Shown here: one piece after another, positions 51,949 to 61,560 of the stretch | How the letters are laid out: every line of letters starts with the position of its first letter | Numbering within the stretch: position 1 is the first letter of the stretch | Source: Chloroflexota bacterium | GTDB taxonomy: Bacteria > Chloroflexota > Dehalococcoidia > Lucifugimonadales > Australimonadaceae | NCBI GenBank assembly: GCA_009838965.1 | Contig: VXQP01000044.1 | Coordinates: 2,882 to 66,881, forward strand | Direction of reading: 5' to 3' | Length of the DNA: 64,000 nt | Made by a program: the position numbers and the translations under genes | The notes under the pieces: model-generated | What the model saw: the letters and a program-made list of their open reading frames with translations, nothing else | What the model was told of the DNA's origin: nothing | The model's database searches: none

Positions 51949-52593
51949 ATGGGCATAGTTTCCAACCTGCTGCGCTCTGGTCTCGACGTGCTGTTCCCCG
52001 TTCGCTGCGTCGGCTGCGGCAGGAGCGGCGCGTACATCTGCGTGGCCTGCCTTTCGAAGGCCAGGCGTCCGCCGCCGAGTCCTCCGCCTGAGAGTGGTCC
52101 GCTCGCCGACGTGCTGACGGCGTTCGCTTACGAAGGCGTTGTGCGTACCGCGGTGCAGCACCTCAAGTATCGCGGTCTGCGCTCCCTCGTGCCGGAGATG
52201 GCGCGCCCGATGGCGTGGGAGTTGGCGGTCACCGTCCCGCCGCCGTTCACGCTCGTGCCTGTACCCCTGCACTCTGCGCGTCTGCGCGAGCGCGGCTTCA
52301 ACCAGGCGGAGCTGCTGGCGCGGGAGCTTGCGCGTCTGTTGGACGCTCCGCTCTCGACCGGTGCGCTGCGACGCACGAAGGACACGTCGTCGCAGGTCAG
52401 CACATCAACCCGGGCCGAGCGCCTGCAGAACGTGCGCGAAGCGTTTACTCCCACAGGCGGGGTGGACGGAGCGACCGTCGTTCTCGTGGACGACGTCACG
52501 ACCACCGGCGCGACGCTTCTGGCGGCTGCGCAGGCGCTTCTCTCCGCGGGCGCCGCACGGGTCTACGGCCTCACCTTCGCCCATGAGACGTGA
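51949..52593 (+). CDS. comF: ComF-family phosphoribosyltransferase-like protein
   Basis: N-terminal CxxC...CxxC zinc finger (CVGCGRSGAYICVACL) and C-terminal PRTase motif VVLVDDVTTTGATL. Start moved to ATG 51949, because the track start (TTG 51919) is inside repeat R7. Confidence 0.8.
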   Translation: MGIVSNLLRSGLDVLFPVRCVGCGRSGAYICVACLSKARRPPPSPPPESGPLADVLTAFAYEGVVRTAVQHLKYRGLRSLVPEMARPMAWELAVTVPPPFTLVPVPLHSARLRERGFNQAELLARELARLLDAPLSTGALRRTKDTSSQVSTSTRAERLQNVREAFTPTGGVDGATVVLVDDVTTTGATLLAAAQALLSAGAARVYGLTFAHET

Positions 52594-52600
52594 CGCAAAC

Positions 52601-52780
52601 TCGTCGTTCCTGCGAAGGCAGGAACCTCGCCCCTCACCTCTCCTGAGGGAGAGGTCGGCGCGCTTGCGCAGCGGGTGAGGGCCCTCGGTGTGGTGGGTGG
52701 CGCTCGGCGTAGGGCGTCCCTTGTGGGCGCCCTTGGTGGTTCCTTCCCCATCGAGGGGGAAGGCTGGGATGGGGGTGAAC
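52601..52780 (+). repeat. Repeat cluster R8: modules E + C + G + D
   Basis: tcgtcgttcctgcgaaggcaggaacc / cccctcacctctcctgagggagaggtcggcgcgcttgcgcagcgggtgagggccc / ggcgtcccttgtgggcgcc / ttccttccccatcgagggggaaggctgggatgggggtgaac. Confidence 0.85.
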
Positions 52781-52850
52781 CGTGAGGCAGGGCAGCACGA
52801 GCACCGGTTATGCGATAGTTCTGAGAACGAAACCGTAAGGAGAAGAGAGG

Positions 52851-53765
52851 ATGAAACTCTGCCTGTTCGAAACGAATGACGCCCCCGGCAATCAGCGCGT
52901 CGGCGCAGTGGTCGACGGCGGCGTCGCGGAACTGACGTCCGCGCTCGGCGATGCGGCTGCGCTGCCGCCCCAGGCGCGCATGGAGGCGGTCATCGACGGC
53001 TTCGAAGGCCTGCGCGGCGCGTTCGAGCGCATCATCGCAGGCGGGGCGTCGCACGGGGACGGCTCATTCCGGCTGCGCGCGCCCCTGCCGAGGCCGAGCA
53101 AGATACTCTGCTGCATCGGCAACTACTGGGAGCACGCCGAACGGGAGCCGCGCCCGCTCAACATGTTCCTGAAGTCGCCGGACGCGGTCATAGGCCCCGG
53201 CGATACGATCGTCCTGCCGTCGACGACCGACCCGTGGGTCTTCCAGCATGAGGCGGAACTCGCCATCGTTGCCAGGGGCCCGGCGAAGGACGTGAGCAGG
53301 GAAGACTTCGCAAGCGCGGTGTTCGGATACACCGGCCTGATCGACGTGTCGGCGCGCGGCGAGGGACGCCGCACGTGGCGCGCGGGCAGCTGGATGGGCA
53401 AGTCTTTCGACACCTTCGGTCCTCTCGGCCCGGTCATCGTCACGGCTGACGAGATCGCCGACCCGAACGACGTGCACGTTCGATTCTGGAACGACGGCCA
53501 GTTGCGCCACGACTACAACACCGACGACATGGAGCACCGGGTGCCCGAGCTGATCGAGTTCGCAACCAGCATCATGACGCTCAACACGGGCGACGTGCTC
53601 AGCTGCGGCACGAACCACGAGGGGCTCGGCCCCCTGCAGGACGGAGAGACCGTGGAGTTCGAGCTGGCGGGCATCGGCAGCATGACGCTCCACGTCTCGG
53701 ACCCCCTCAAGCGCACCTGGGAACGCGGCATCTACATGGGCCCGGACTCCACCGCCCGCCGCTAG
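52851..53765 (+). CDS. Fumarylacetoacetate hydrolase (FAH) family protein
   Basis: 304 aa. SD AAGGAGAAGAGAGG. C-terminal FAH-fold pattern (EAELAIV..., GTPxG-like region, LNTGDVLSCGT). Confidence 0.88.
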   Translation: MKLCLFETNDAPGNQRVGAVVDGGVAELTSALGDAAALPPQARMEAVIDGFEGLRGAFERIIAGGASHGDGSFRLRAPLPRPSKILCCIGNYWEHAEREPRPLNMFLKSPDAVIGPGDTIVLPSTTDPWVFQHEAELAIVARGPAKDVSREDFASAVFGYTGLIDVSARGEGRRTWRAGSWMGKSFDTFGPLGPVIVTADEIADPNDVHVRFWNDGQLRHDYNTDDMEHRVPELIEFATSIMTLNTGDVLSCGTNHEGLGPLQDGETVEFELAGIGSMTLHVSDPLKRTWERGIYMGPDSTARR

Positions 53766-53774
53766 AGAGCAAAC

Positions 53775-53845
53775 CCCGTCGTTCCTGCGGAGGCCCGCGC
53801 TTTAGCGCGCAACCTCGCAGCCCACCTCTCCCCTTGGGAGAGCAC
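53775..53845 (+). repeat. Repeat cluster R9: module E-variant + C-prime (partial)
   Basis: ccccgtcgttcctgcggaggcccgcgctttagcgcgcaacctcgcagccca, then cctctccccttgggagag. Confidence 0.8.
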
Positions 53846-53857
53846 AGTGACGTATCG

Positions 53858-54265
53858 TTACCCTCGAGGGTTTGGCGTCAGGGGTCGCACGTCTTGTTCT
53901 GGCGCCCGCGGCACGCAGATCTGTATGAGTGTCCCCAGCACATCGAGTTCAAGCCGCTGCAACTCAGCAGATGCCGCTTCCGACGTAGCGTAGGTCTTGG
54001 CTATCAGGTGGTTCATCACAGCCTCGTGGTAAGCCTCCAAGCCTGGTGGCGGCACGATGCGCTCTGCGTGCAGAAGCTGCTCCTCATAGAGGCGTACTGC
54101 CTCCTCTCGGGTTCGCGCTATCGCCTGGTCCTCCTCGGGGCACAGGAACCCATCGGCGTACTCCTCGGGTGTCTCGTAGACGATGCGGGCGCCGTCGTCT
54201 GACGAGGAGCAGCCGACGAGCAGCACCAGCACCCCTATTACGAGAAGAGCTGATCGCATAATCAA
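53858..54265 (-). CDS. Hypothetical lipoprotein
   Basis: 135 aa. Signal peptide plus lipobox LLVGC. The locally lower GC suggests a different origin. No family recognised. Confidence 0.6.
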   Translation of the reverse strand: MIMRSALLVIGVLVLLVGCSSSDDGARIVYETPEEYADGFLCPEEDQAIARTREEAVRLYEEQLLHAERIVPPPGLEAYHEAVMNHLIAKTYATSEAASAELQRLELDVLGTLIQICVPRAPEQDVRPLTPNPRG

Positions 54266-54389
54266 CCCGATTTCCTTTCACTCAGGGTTACGGGCCTCGA
54301 CTGTAGGTTCGAGGGTGGAGTACCGTCAACTGACGTTGGTCGTATCGGGACTTACATACGGTTATACCTTGCGCGACGAGGCCGCGCTG

Positions 54390-54418
54390 TTGACCGGCGC
54401 GGCATATCGTCCTAATCT
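54390..54418 (+). promoter_or_regulatory. Candidate sigma70 promoter of the Rieske oxygenase gene
   Basis: TTGACC (54390-54395), 17-nt spacer, TAATCT (54413-54418), 43 nt before ATG 54462. Confidence 0.4.
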
Positions 54419-54461
54419 CGCGGCATCGAGAGAAGCGCTGAACGTTCAGAGGGAGGTTGCC

Positions 54462-55754
54462 ATGCTGAGTGCACTGGATAACGAACGGTTGGCCCGCATC
54501 GGTCCCGGAACGGAGATGGGCGCGCTGATGCGCCGCTACTGGATCCCCTTCCTGCTGACGGAAGATATCCCCGAAGCCGACGGCGACCCCGTCCGCGTCA
54601 CCCTGCTGGGTGAGCGGCTCGTCGCGTTCAGGAACAGCGTCGGGCAGGTCGGACTGGTGGACCGCCTCTGCGCGCACCGCAACGCAGACCTCTTCTTCGG
54701 GCGCAACGAGGAGAACGGCATCCGCTGCACCTACCACGGCTGGAAGTACGACGTCGACGGCAAGTGCACGGACATGCCGTCCGAGGCGTCGGACAGCAAC
54801 TTCAGGGACAAGATTCAGCTGAGGGCGTACCCCGTCAGGGAGCGCGGCGGCGTCCTCTGGACGTACATGGGTCCGAAGGAGCACATGCAGCCGATGCCGG
54901 AGTTCGAGTGGACGCGGGTGCCGGACGGCCACCGCTACGTCTCCTGGAACTTCCAGGAGAACAACTACGCGCAGGCCATCGAGGGCGGCATCGACACCGT
55001 GCACTCGGTCTACCTGCACAGCGCCATGGACTCCCACCGCCGTCTCAACGACTGGCAGGAGGCGGGCAGGGACAGCGGCGACGTGACCAAGATGTACCGC
55101 ACGCGTGTGAACCCGCCCAAGCTGCGCGCGCTCGAGACCGACTTCGGCCTCATCATCGGCGGGCGGTACCCCGGCGACGAGACGCAGGACTACTGGCGCT
55201 TCAACCTCTTCTGGATGCCGTTCTACACCGCCCCTCCCGGCGGCGGCGAGGGGAAGATGATGCACGCGTTCGTCCCCGTCGACGACGTCACCACAGCCCG
55301 CTGGTGCTTCACGTGGAGCACCACCGGCAAGCCGCTCTCCGCGAGGCACATCGCCGACCTCCGCAAGGGGCAGGGCGTCCACGCGCAGACCATCCCCGGC
55401 AGCCACTGGCCGGTGCGCAACATGCGCAACGACTACCTCATCGACCGCGAGGAGCAGCGTCATCTCACGTTCACGGGCATCAAGGGCACCGGCGAGCAGG
55501 ACTTCTCCGTGCAGGAAGGCATGGGGCAGATATCCGACCGCACGCGCGAGCACCTGGGCGTCACGGACATCGGCATCATCGCGATGCGGCGGATGCTTCT
55601 GCACTCGGCCGCGGCCATCCGGGAAGGGGCCGAACCGACCTCGGCGCGCAGCCCTGACGCCTACCGCGTCCGCCCCGGCCAGACGATGATTCCGACCGAC
55701 GCGGACTGGACGACGCACGACAACCTCAAGGAGGCCATCGCCGCCACCTACTGA
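54462..55754 (+). CDS. Rieske [2Fe-2S] aromatic ring-hydroxylating oxygenase, alpha subunit (phthalate-family/VanA-like)
   Basis: 430 aa from Met94 of the track ORF (SD GAGGGAGG). Rieske motif CAHRNADLFFG...CTYHGWKY and a downstream mononuclear-iron region (NYAQAIEGGIDTVHSVYLH). Confidence 0.88.
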   Translation: MLSALDNERLARIGPGTEMGALMRRYWIPFLLTEDIPEADGDPVRVTLLGERLVAFRNSVGQVGLVDRLCAHRNADLFFGRNEENGIRCTYHGWKYDVDGKCTDMPSEASDSNFRDKIQLRAYPVRERGGVLWTYMGPKEHMQPMPEFEWTRVPDGHRYVSWNFQENNYAQAIEGGIDTVHSVYLHSAMDSHRRLNDWQEAGRDSGDVTKMYRTRVNPPKLRALETDFGLIIGGRYPGDETQDYWRFNLFWMPFYTAPPGGGEGKMMHAFVPVDDVTTARWCFTWSTTGKPLSARHIADLRKGQGVHAQTIPGSHWPVRNMRNDYLIDREEQRHLTFTGIKGTGEQDFSVQEGMGQISDRTREHLGVTDIGIIAMRRMLLHSAAAIREGAEPTSARSPDAYRVRPGQTMIPTDADWTTHDNLKEAIAATY

Positions 55755-55757
55755 GCC

Positions 55758-55835
55758 TCCTCTCTCCTGAGGGAGAGGGAAACGCGCTTCAGCGCGCGGG
55801 TGAGGGCCCTCGGCGGGACTGAGGAGCGCGGGGGT
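55758..55835 (+). repeat. Repeat cluster R10: module C
   Basis: ctcctctctcctgagggagagggaaacgcgcttcagcgcgcgggtgagggccctcgg, between convergent genes. Confidence 0.85.
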
Positions 55836-55846
55836 GCCTGCTGCCC

Positions 55847-56788
55847 TCACTGTCCGAAGTGCGGCATGACCTCCGCGGCGAACCGCTCGTAGGTCGGCAG
55901 CAGCGACTCCGGCGCGCACAGGGCGTTCATGGTGAAGTGCGTCACGCCCGCGTCCGCGAACGCTTCGAGCGTCTCGATGCAGTCCGCCGGCGTGCCGAGC
56001 GGCAGCGTCGCCGGGTGTATCTCCCAGGCGTCCTCGCCGAAGCGATGCCGCATCGCGGCCTGCACCTCCCGGTAGGCGTCGTCCTTCGTCTGCCCCATGC
56101 AGAGGTACATGTTGCACGACCACTCGAACGCCGCCGGGTCGCGTCCGTACGCGGCTGCCATCTCCTCGATGGCGGCCTTGCCCTCGGCGTAGCCCTTCGG
56201 CGTCATGCCGTTGGGGTGGAATCCGTCCGCCCAGCGCGCCGTCCGCTCCAGCGTATGCCGGGTGAACCTGCCGTCCCACATCGCCCCGGTCCATAGGGGC
56301 AGATGCGGCTGCTGAACGGATCGCGGCTCCAGCGTCACGTGCTCCATGTCGTGGAACGTCCCGTGATGCGTCACGTCCGTCTCGGAGAGCAGCCTGCGCA
56401 CGAGCGCGAACCGCTCGTCCGTGATGCCGCGCCGGTCCTCCACGCGCACGCCCTCGACGGCGAAGTCGCCGTTGTAGACGCCGCCGGACCCCAGCCCCAG
56501 CACCATTCGCCCTCCCGACAGCACGTCGATCGAGGTCGCGATCTTCGCGATCTGGTACGGGGTGTGGAACGGCAGCACGGCGACGCCGGTTCCCAGGCGC
56601 ATGTGCGTCGTGCGCTGTGCGACGGACGCAAGCAGGATGAAGGAGTCGAGCGTCGGGAGCGTCTCGAGCTCCGGAACGAAGTAGGAGCGGTACCCCAGCG
56701 CCTCCGTCTGCTCGGCGAAATCGAGCGGGCCGATGACGCTTGCCATCGAGGCCCCGTTGTACTGGACGCCGAATACCGGCAAGGGCAA
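55847..56788 (-). CDS. LLM-class F420/flavin-dependent oxidoreductase
   Basis: 313 aa. AEQTEALGYRSYFVPE...RTTHMRLGTGVAVLPFHTP...GGRMVLGLGSGG luciferase-like pattern. Abuts the upstream stop. Confidence 0.85.
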   Translation of the reverse strand: MPLPVFGVQYNGASMASVIGPLDFAEQTEALGYRSYFVPELETLPTLDSFILLASVAQRTTHMRLGTGVAVLPFHTPYQIAKIATSIDVLSGGRMVLGLGSGGVYNGDFAVEGVRVEDRRGITDERFALVRRLLSETDVTHHGTFHDMEHVTLEPRSVQQPHLPLWTGAMWDGRFTRHTLERTARWADGFHPNGMTPKGYAEGKAAIEEMAAAYGRDPAAFEWSCNMYLCMGQTKDDAYREVQAAMRHRFGEDAWEIHPATLPLGTPADCIETLEAFADAGVTHFTMNALCAPESLLPTYERFAAEVMPHFGQ

Positions 56789-57319
56789 CTACCCGCCGGT
56801 TGCTTCGAGCGCGTAGGGGATCAGTTCAGCACCCCGCGCCCGCTTCTCGCTGCGGATGATGATGGCGGCGCTGCGCTCTCCGATCGTGATCTCCTGGTGC
56901 GCCAGGTGCGGCGGCACCACGTCCACGTCGCCGGGCTCGATGCGGAAGGTGCTGTCGTGGACGACTTCGTCGCGTTCGCGGTGGAAGCGGTTGATATCCT
57001 CGGCCCCCTGCACCAGCCCGTACATCGTCCAGATCTCACCATGGTCATGGACGGTCGTGTGGTGCCCGGCTTCCTTGGCCATCGCGGTGACGAGGAATCC
57101 GTAGTCCGGGTCCTCGTAGAAGAGCAGGTTGCCGGTGCGATCGCGCCCTGTGCTCGTCCGGTCGGTCGCGGGCCAGTTCTTCGCGTGCTCCTGCACCTCC
57201 GGGTCGGAAGCGAAGTCGCGCAGGAGTGCTCCCGTCTTCGTCCAGCGCTCCTCGTCGCTCATCTCCCGGGCGCAGAGCGCGCGGACCTCGCTTACGAATC
57301 TCTCCGCTGCTTCCAGCAT
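56789..57319 (-). CDS. Cupin, cysteine-dioxygenase-type-I-like
   Basis: 176 aa. Single cupin barrel with TTVHDHGEIW ... PPHLAHQE metal-ligand-like motifs. The family assignment is tentative. Confidence 0.65.
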   Translation of the reverse strand: MLEAAERFVSEVRALCAREMSDEERWTKTGALLRDFASDPEVQEHAKNWPATDRTSTGRDRTGNLLFYEDPDYGFLVTAMAKEAGHHTTVHDHGEIWTMYGLVQGAEDINRFHRERDEVVHDSTFRIEPGDVDVVPPHLAHQEITIGERSAAIIIRSEKRARGAELIPYALEATGG

Positions 57320-57338
57320 CGCTCTCCTCCTCCGGCCT

Positions 57339-58436
57339 CTACAGGCCGTACAGCGCTCGGGGGTTGTCGTACAGGATCTTGGCTTTCGCCTCGTCGCTCA
57401 CGTCGTCCATCTCCAAGAACGCCTTGATGGCGTCCATCGCGCTGGAGGTGTCCGTGTGGCCGTAGTCCGTGCCTATCAGGATGTTGTCCTCACCGCCGTG
57501 CTTCAGCACGAACGGAACATCGTCGGATATCTCGCAGGTGACGTAGACGTTGAAGTGCTTGAGGACGTTCTCGGGCGGCGCGCCGAGATTGCGTGCGATG
57601 AACCGCTGCTTCACCTCGCGCACGACCCAGGGCACCCAGTTTGCCGATGCCTCGACGAACCCCCACCGGAGCGTCGGGAAGCGCTCTGGCACCGCGCTCG
57701 TCATGATGACGCCGCACTCCATGACCGTCGGGATGCGGAACGGCGTGAAACCGCCGCTCCGGTCGAACGGCGACCGCAGCGTTTGGATCATCGCGTTACT
57801 GCCGTTGGAGATGTGTATGGCCACCGCCAGGTTGAGCTTCTCGGCCTCTGCGTAGAGGGGGTAGAAGTACGGGTCGACCACCGTCTTCCCGAGTTCCATG
57901 GGCCGCAGGGCGATGGCGACCGCGCCGTGCTCCTTCACGTACCTGATCTGCTCGACGGCGGCCTCGATGTCGAGCGTTGGCATCACCGCGCACCAGCGCA
58001 GGCGTCCCCTTGCCTGTTGCCACACGTCGGCCATCCAGCGGTTCCAACTGCCGCATAGGGCGACGTCGGCTTCCGGCACGTCCGTCACCGGCTCTATCCA
58101 CATCGTGTTGTGGAGCACCTGGATGTCGATGCCCAGCTCGTCCATGTGGCGGAGCCGGGTGGAGACGTCGGACAGTTCACGCGAGTCCTGGGTGGAGACG
58201 AGGTCGCGCCCCACCTGTGCGGAGAGCTTCCGCAGGTGCTCTTCCGTCGGCGTTGCGTTGCGGTGGCCCCGCACCTTCCCGCCGATGACCCAGTGCCCCT
58301 GGTTGGGGTTGTCGGGATTGATGAAGAGCGTTGGCCGGAACCGCTCCTCGTGGGGGAGGAGATAGTCCCACGTGTGCTCGGACTCGATGACGTGGGCGTC
58401 GCTGTCGATGACCCTGGTCTTCGCAACGGTTGCCAT
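57339..58436 (-). CDS. Amidohydrolase-2 family protein (ACMSD/decarboxylase-hydratase-like)
   Basis: 365 aa. VIDSDAHVIE metal motif, ...HISNG..., GTDYGHTD near the C-terminus. Confidence 0.85.
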   Translation of the reverse strand: MATVAKTRVIDSDAHVIESEHTWDYLLPHEERFRPTLFINPDNPNQGHWVIGGKVRGHRNATPTEEHLRKLSAQVGRDLVSTQDSRELSDVSTRLRHMDELGIDIQVLHNTMWIEPVTDVPEADVALCGSWNRWMADVWQQARGRLRWCAVMPTLDIEAAVEQIRYVKEHGAVAIALRPMELGKTVVDPYFYPLYAEAEKLNLAVAIHISNGSNAMIQTLRSPFDRSGGFTPFRIPTVMECGVIMTSAVPERFPTLRWGFVEASANWVPWVVREVKQRFIARNLGAPPENVLKHFNVYVTCEISDDVPFVLKHGGEDNILIGTDYGHTDTSSAMDAIKAFLEMDDVSDEAKAKILYDNPRALYGL

Positions 58437-58482
58437 CAGCGCCTCCTTTCACCAGGCGGGCGGACGCGCGCATCGTATCTCT

Positions 58483-58592
58483 GCTCCCCTCTCCCTTCAA
58501 GGGGAGAGGGCGAAGGTGAGGATACTGCGGGGGCCTGGGGGCCACCTCGCCCCCTGGGAGAGGTCGACGCGCTTGCGCGGCGGGTGAGGGTG
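58483..58592 (+). repeat. Repeat cluster R11: modules C-prime + C
   Basis: gctcccctctcccttcaaggggagagggcgaaggtgagg and cgccccctgggagaggtcgacgcgcttgcgcggcgggtgaggg. Confidence 0.8.
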
Positions 58593-58596
58593 TCCC

Positions 58597-59850
58597 CTAC
58601 ATGCGGCTCTGCCACCCCGCGCGGGCGAACGGCAGCGTGAACATGACCACCACCAGTGCCGCCGCGCTGATCGCCGCGATGTACCAGAACAGCGACTCGA
58701 ATCCCCAGGTGGCCACGACGACGCCGACCAGCAGCGGCCCGATGCCCGTGAAGATGAAGTTCGCTCCGTCCAGCACGCCCAGCGTCGACCCTTCCAGCCT
58801 GCGCCCGTGAGCGATGTCCAACGCCCACGTCTGCACCAGCGGGTTGACCACGAAGTTAAACGCCCCCATCACCGCAACGAGCAGCGTGAACATGGCGCCT
58901 GCTCCGGAGAGCGCGAGGAGTACGGCTATCGCCACCTTGGCGGTCAGCGCGATGACGATGACGGGCATGCGCCCGATGCGGTCCGACAGGTACCCGAAAG
59001 CGGGGTTGGTGATGGTGCCCATGGCCGTCAGCAGGGCGAGGTGGAACCCGATGCCGATCTCGCTCATGCCCAACTGTTCCGACAGGTACAGCGGTAGCCA
59101 CAGGAAGAGGCCGCCCTGCCCGAACCCTGCGACCGCCTTGATCAGGATGAGCAGGGTGAGGATCCGGCTGTTCTCCTTGAAGAGACCCTTGATTTCGCGC
59201 AGTTGCGCGCCGATCGGACGGGACTCACCCCTCGAACGCGCACCGACGTTCTGGAACGCCTCCGAGCGGCGGAGGAGCGTCCAGAGGAAGAACATGAAGA
59301 TGAGTGCGAGCGGGAACGCCGCGAGGAATATCTGCTGCCAGAGCAGGTACGCCAGGAGGAACCCCGCCAGGAGCGGGCCGGCGCTGTCGCCTATCGACCC
59401 GGCCGAGCGGTCGACCGTGATCATGAACCCCCTGCGTCGCGGGTATATCTGGGAAAGGAGCCCGCGCGCGGTGGGGTGCCATATCGACCCGGCTATCGAG
59501 GCGACCATCAAGGCCCCGAGTATGAGCACGTAGGTCGGCGCGGCGCCCACCAGGAAGTACCCCAGCCCCATTGCGGTAAGGCTCAGGTACAGGATCAGGA
59601 GACGCCGGTGCTGCAGCCGGTCCACCAGGAAACCGCCCACCGTCGAGGAGACTCCGCTGCCCACCTGCCGTACGGTCCCGACGAGGCCCGCCGTTATCGG
59701 GTTGAGCCCCAACGCTGCGTAGATGGTTGGAAGTATCACCCAGAATGCGTGTCCGTACAGGTGCTGCAGCGTGTGGCTGGTGATGATGGCGCCTGCCGCC
59801 ACGTGGTCGCGTACCTCGGGCTCGGTGGAGACTTGGGTTGCCGTGGCCAT
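58597..59850 (-). CDS. MFS transporter
   Basis: About 417 aa, 12 predicted TM, MFS loop motif (DRLQHRRLL). Start at Met20 of the track ORF (SD GGGAGGGG). Confidence 0.85.
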   Translation of the reverse strand: MATATQVSTEPEVRDHVAAGAIITSHTLQHLYGHAFWVILPTIYAALGLNPITAGLVGTVRQVGSGVSSTVGGFLVDRLQHRRLLILYLSLTAMGLGYFLVGAAPTYVLILGALMVASIAGSIWHPTARGLLSQIYPRRRGFMITVDRSAGSIGDSAGPLLAGFLLAYLLWQQIFLAAFPLALIFMFFLWTLLRRSEAFQNVGARSRGESRPIGAQLREIKGLFKENSRILTLLILIKAVAGFGQGGLFLWLPLYLSEQLGMSEIGIGFHLALLTAMGTITNPAFGYLSDRIGRMPVIVIALTAKVAIAVLLALSGAGAMFTLLVAVMGAFNFVVNPLVQTWALDIAHGRRLEGSTLGVLDGANFIFTGIGPLLVGVVVATWGFESLFWYIAAISAAALVVVMFTLPFARAGWQSRM

Positions 59851-59943
59851 CGTTCCCCTCCCGGTCTGACGTGGGGGACTGCGCTCTACTGATTGGCGAT
59901 TGTACAACCGTGAACGATTCGCTGCGGGCTCGGGGCGTGGGGC

Positions 59944-60139
59944 CTGTCATGCTGAGCGAAGCGTAGCGGAGTCGAAGCATCTCTCGGGTACGCGCTTGAG
60001 CGCGTGGGTGAGGGCCCTCGGTGGGGTTGTGGGGCATCCGTCGTTCCTGCGGAGGCAGGAACCTCGCACCTTGGGGGCGTGGCGCGGATGGGCGTCAGGT
60101 CCCTTCCCCCTTGACGGGGGAAGGTCAGGATGGGGGTGA
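59944..60139 (+). repeat. Repeat cluster R12: modules B + C(partial) + E + D
   Basis: ctgtcatgctgagcgaagcgtagcggagtcgaagcatctctcggg / cgcgcttgagcgcgtgggtgagggccctcgg / cgtcgttcctgcggaggcaggaacc / tcccttcccccttgacgggggaaggtcaggatgggggtgac. Confidence 0.85.
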
Positions 60140-60165
60140 CTGCCTCCTGTCGCGGAACGGGCGCG

Positions 60166-61431
60166 TCAACTCTGATACCGAACGATGTCGCGCACGAGCA
60201 GCAGTGCGATGACCAGCGTTGCGGCGCCGATGGCAGTGCCCACCAGCAGAGCGTTCGGTGCGAGCAGGGCTGCCGCCATCGCGCCGACGATGACCTGCCC
60301 CAGCGACGGCCCGCCACGGTTGGAGAGCTGCAGCACCGCCGTCGTGCGGCCTCGTATGTCGTCCGGGACCGCCATCTGCACGATGGTCGAGCGCATGATT
60401 GCGCCGATGCCGTCCGTGGCCCCCACCAGCGCAAGCGCCGCGAGGGAGAACAGGAAGTTGGTCGACAGCGCGAACATCGCCATGGAAACGAGATAGGCGG
60501 CATAGGAGCCCACCACCATCGCGCCCTTGTGTTTGAAGTCGCCGAGGAGGAGAAGCGCGCCGGAACCGACCAGGAAGCCTGCAGCCGGAGCGGAGAAGAG
60601 CAGTCCGTAGCCGAACGAGCCTGCATTCAGGATCTCCTCGAACACGGGCATGAGACCCCGGTGGTGCGTGAAGAACATCGCCACGACGTCCAGCAGCAGC
60701 ATCACGAGTATCGCGTGCGTGCTGAAGACGAAGCGGAACCCTGCAAGCATCGAACTCACGTCCATGCGCCGCCGTCCGGCTGAAGCGTCGGGCGGCATCG
60801 GGCTGACGAGGAACAGCGCGCCGACCGTGGGGATGAACACCACAAAGACCGCAGCGTACGTCCAGCCCGGCCCGACCAGGCCGATGAGCAGCCCGCCGAT
60901 GGCGGGGCCGATGAGCATGGAGGCGTGGCGCGCCGCCTGGTTCATGGTGATTGCGTTCATCATGTGGGTGCGCGGCACGAGACGGGGCAGCATCGCCATC
61001 CGCGCAGGCCCCTCGAACGTGTTCACTGCGGAAGTGACGAGCGTGGTCATGTAGATATGCCACACCTGGATGTTGTCCGTGAGAAAGAGCGTCGCAAGGA
61101 TGCCCGCGAGCGCGAAGTTGCCCGTCTGCGTGAGGATGAGCAGCGTCCTCCGGTCGACGATGTCGGCTATCGACCCGCCGATGAAAACGAGGATGAGCAT
61201 CGGGGCGAACTGGAAGATGCCGAGCAGGCCGAGGCTGAGCGTGGAACCGGTCAGTTCCCAGATCACCCACAGGTTGGTCACCTGCCGTATCTGGAAGCCC
61301 ATGAACCCGACGACGAAACTGACGAGCACCCACCGGAAGTTGGCGAAGGCGAGCGAGCCCCAGGGACTGACTCTTCCGGCGCTGGGCGCTGCTTCAGCGG
61401 TTTCTGTCCGTCGGTCCGGGGGTTCGGTCAC
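60166..61431 (-). CDS. MFS transporter (EntS/MFS_3-like)
   Basis: 12 TM. The pattern FANFRWVLVSFVVGFMGFQIRQV...GGSIADIVDRR resembles enterobactin-exporter-type MFS. The start is uncertain: GTG 61431 is used here, while the track ORF extends to 61491. Confidence 0.8.
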   Translation of the reverse strand: MTEPPDRRTETAEAAPSAGRVSPWGSLAFANFRWVLVSFVVGFMGFQIRQVTNLWVIWELTGSTLSLGLLGIFQFAPMLILVFIGGSIADIVDRRTLLILTQTGNFALAGILATLFLTDNIQVWHIYMTTLVTSAVNTFEGPARMAMLPRLVPRTHMMNAITMNQAARHASMLIGPAIGGLLIGLVGPGWTYAAVFVVFIPTVGALFLVSPMPPDASAGRRRMDVSSMLAGFRFVFSTHAILVMLLLDVVAMFFTHHRGLMPVFEEILNAGSFGYGLLFSAPAAGFLVGSGALLLLGDFKHKGAMVVGSYAAYLVSMAMFALSTNFLFSLAALALVGATDGIGAIMRSTIVQMAVPDDIRGRTTAVLQLSNRGGPSLGQVIVGAMAAALLAPNALLVGTAIGAATLVIALLLVRDIVRYQS

Positions 61432-61560
61432 GCACGCTCCTGCACGAGAGACGTCCGGTGTACTCCATCTGCCGCCGCCGCGTCGAACCACGTCCGGCAG
61501 GCGGGGAGCGTTCCTATGTTAAGGCCATGCGGCAGCCGCAACAACGCTGCCCCTTGGCAA

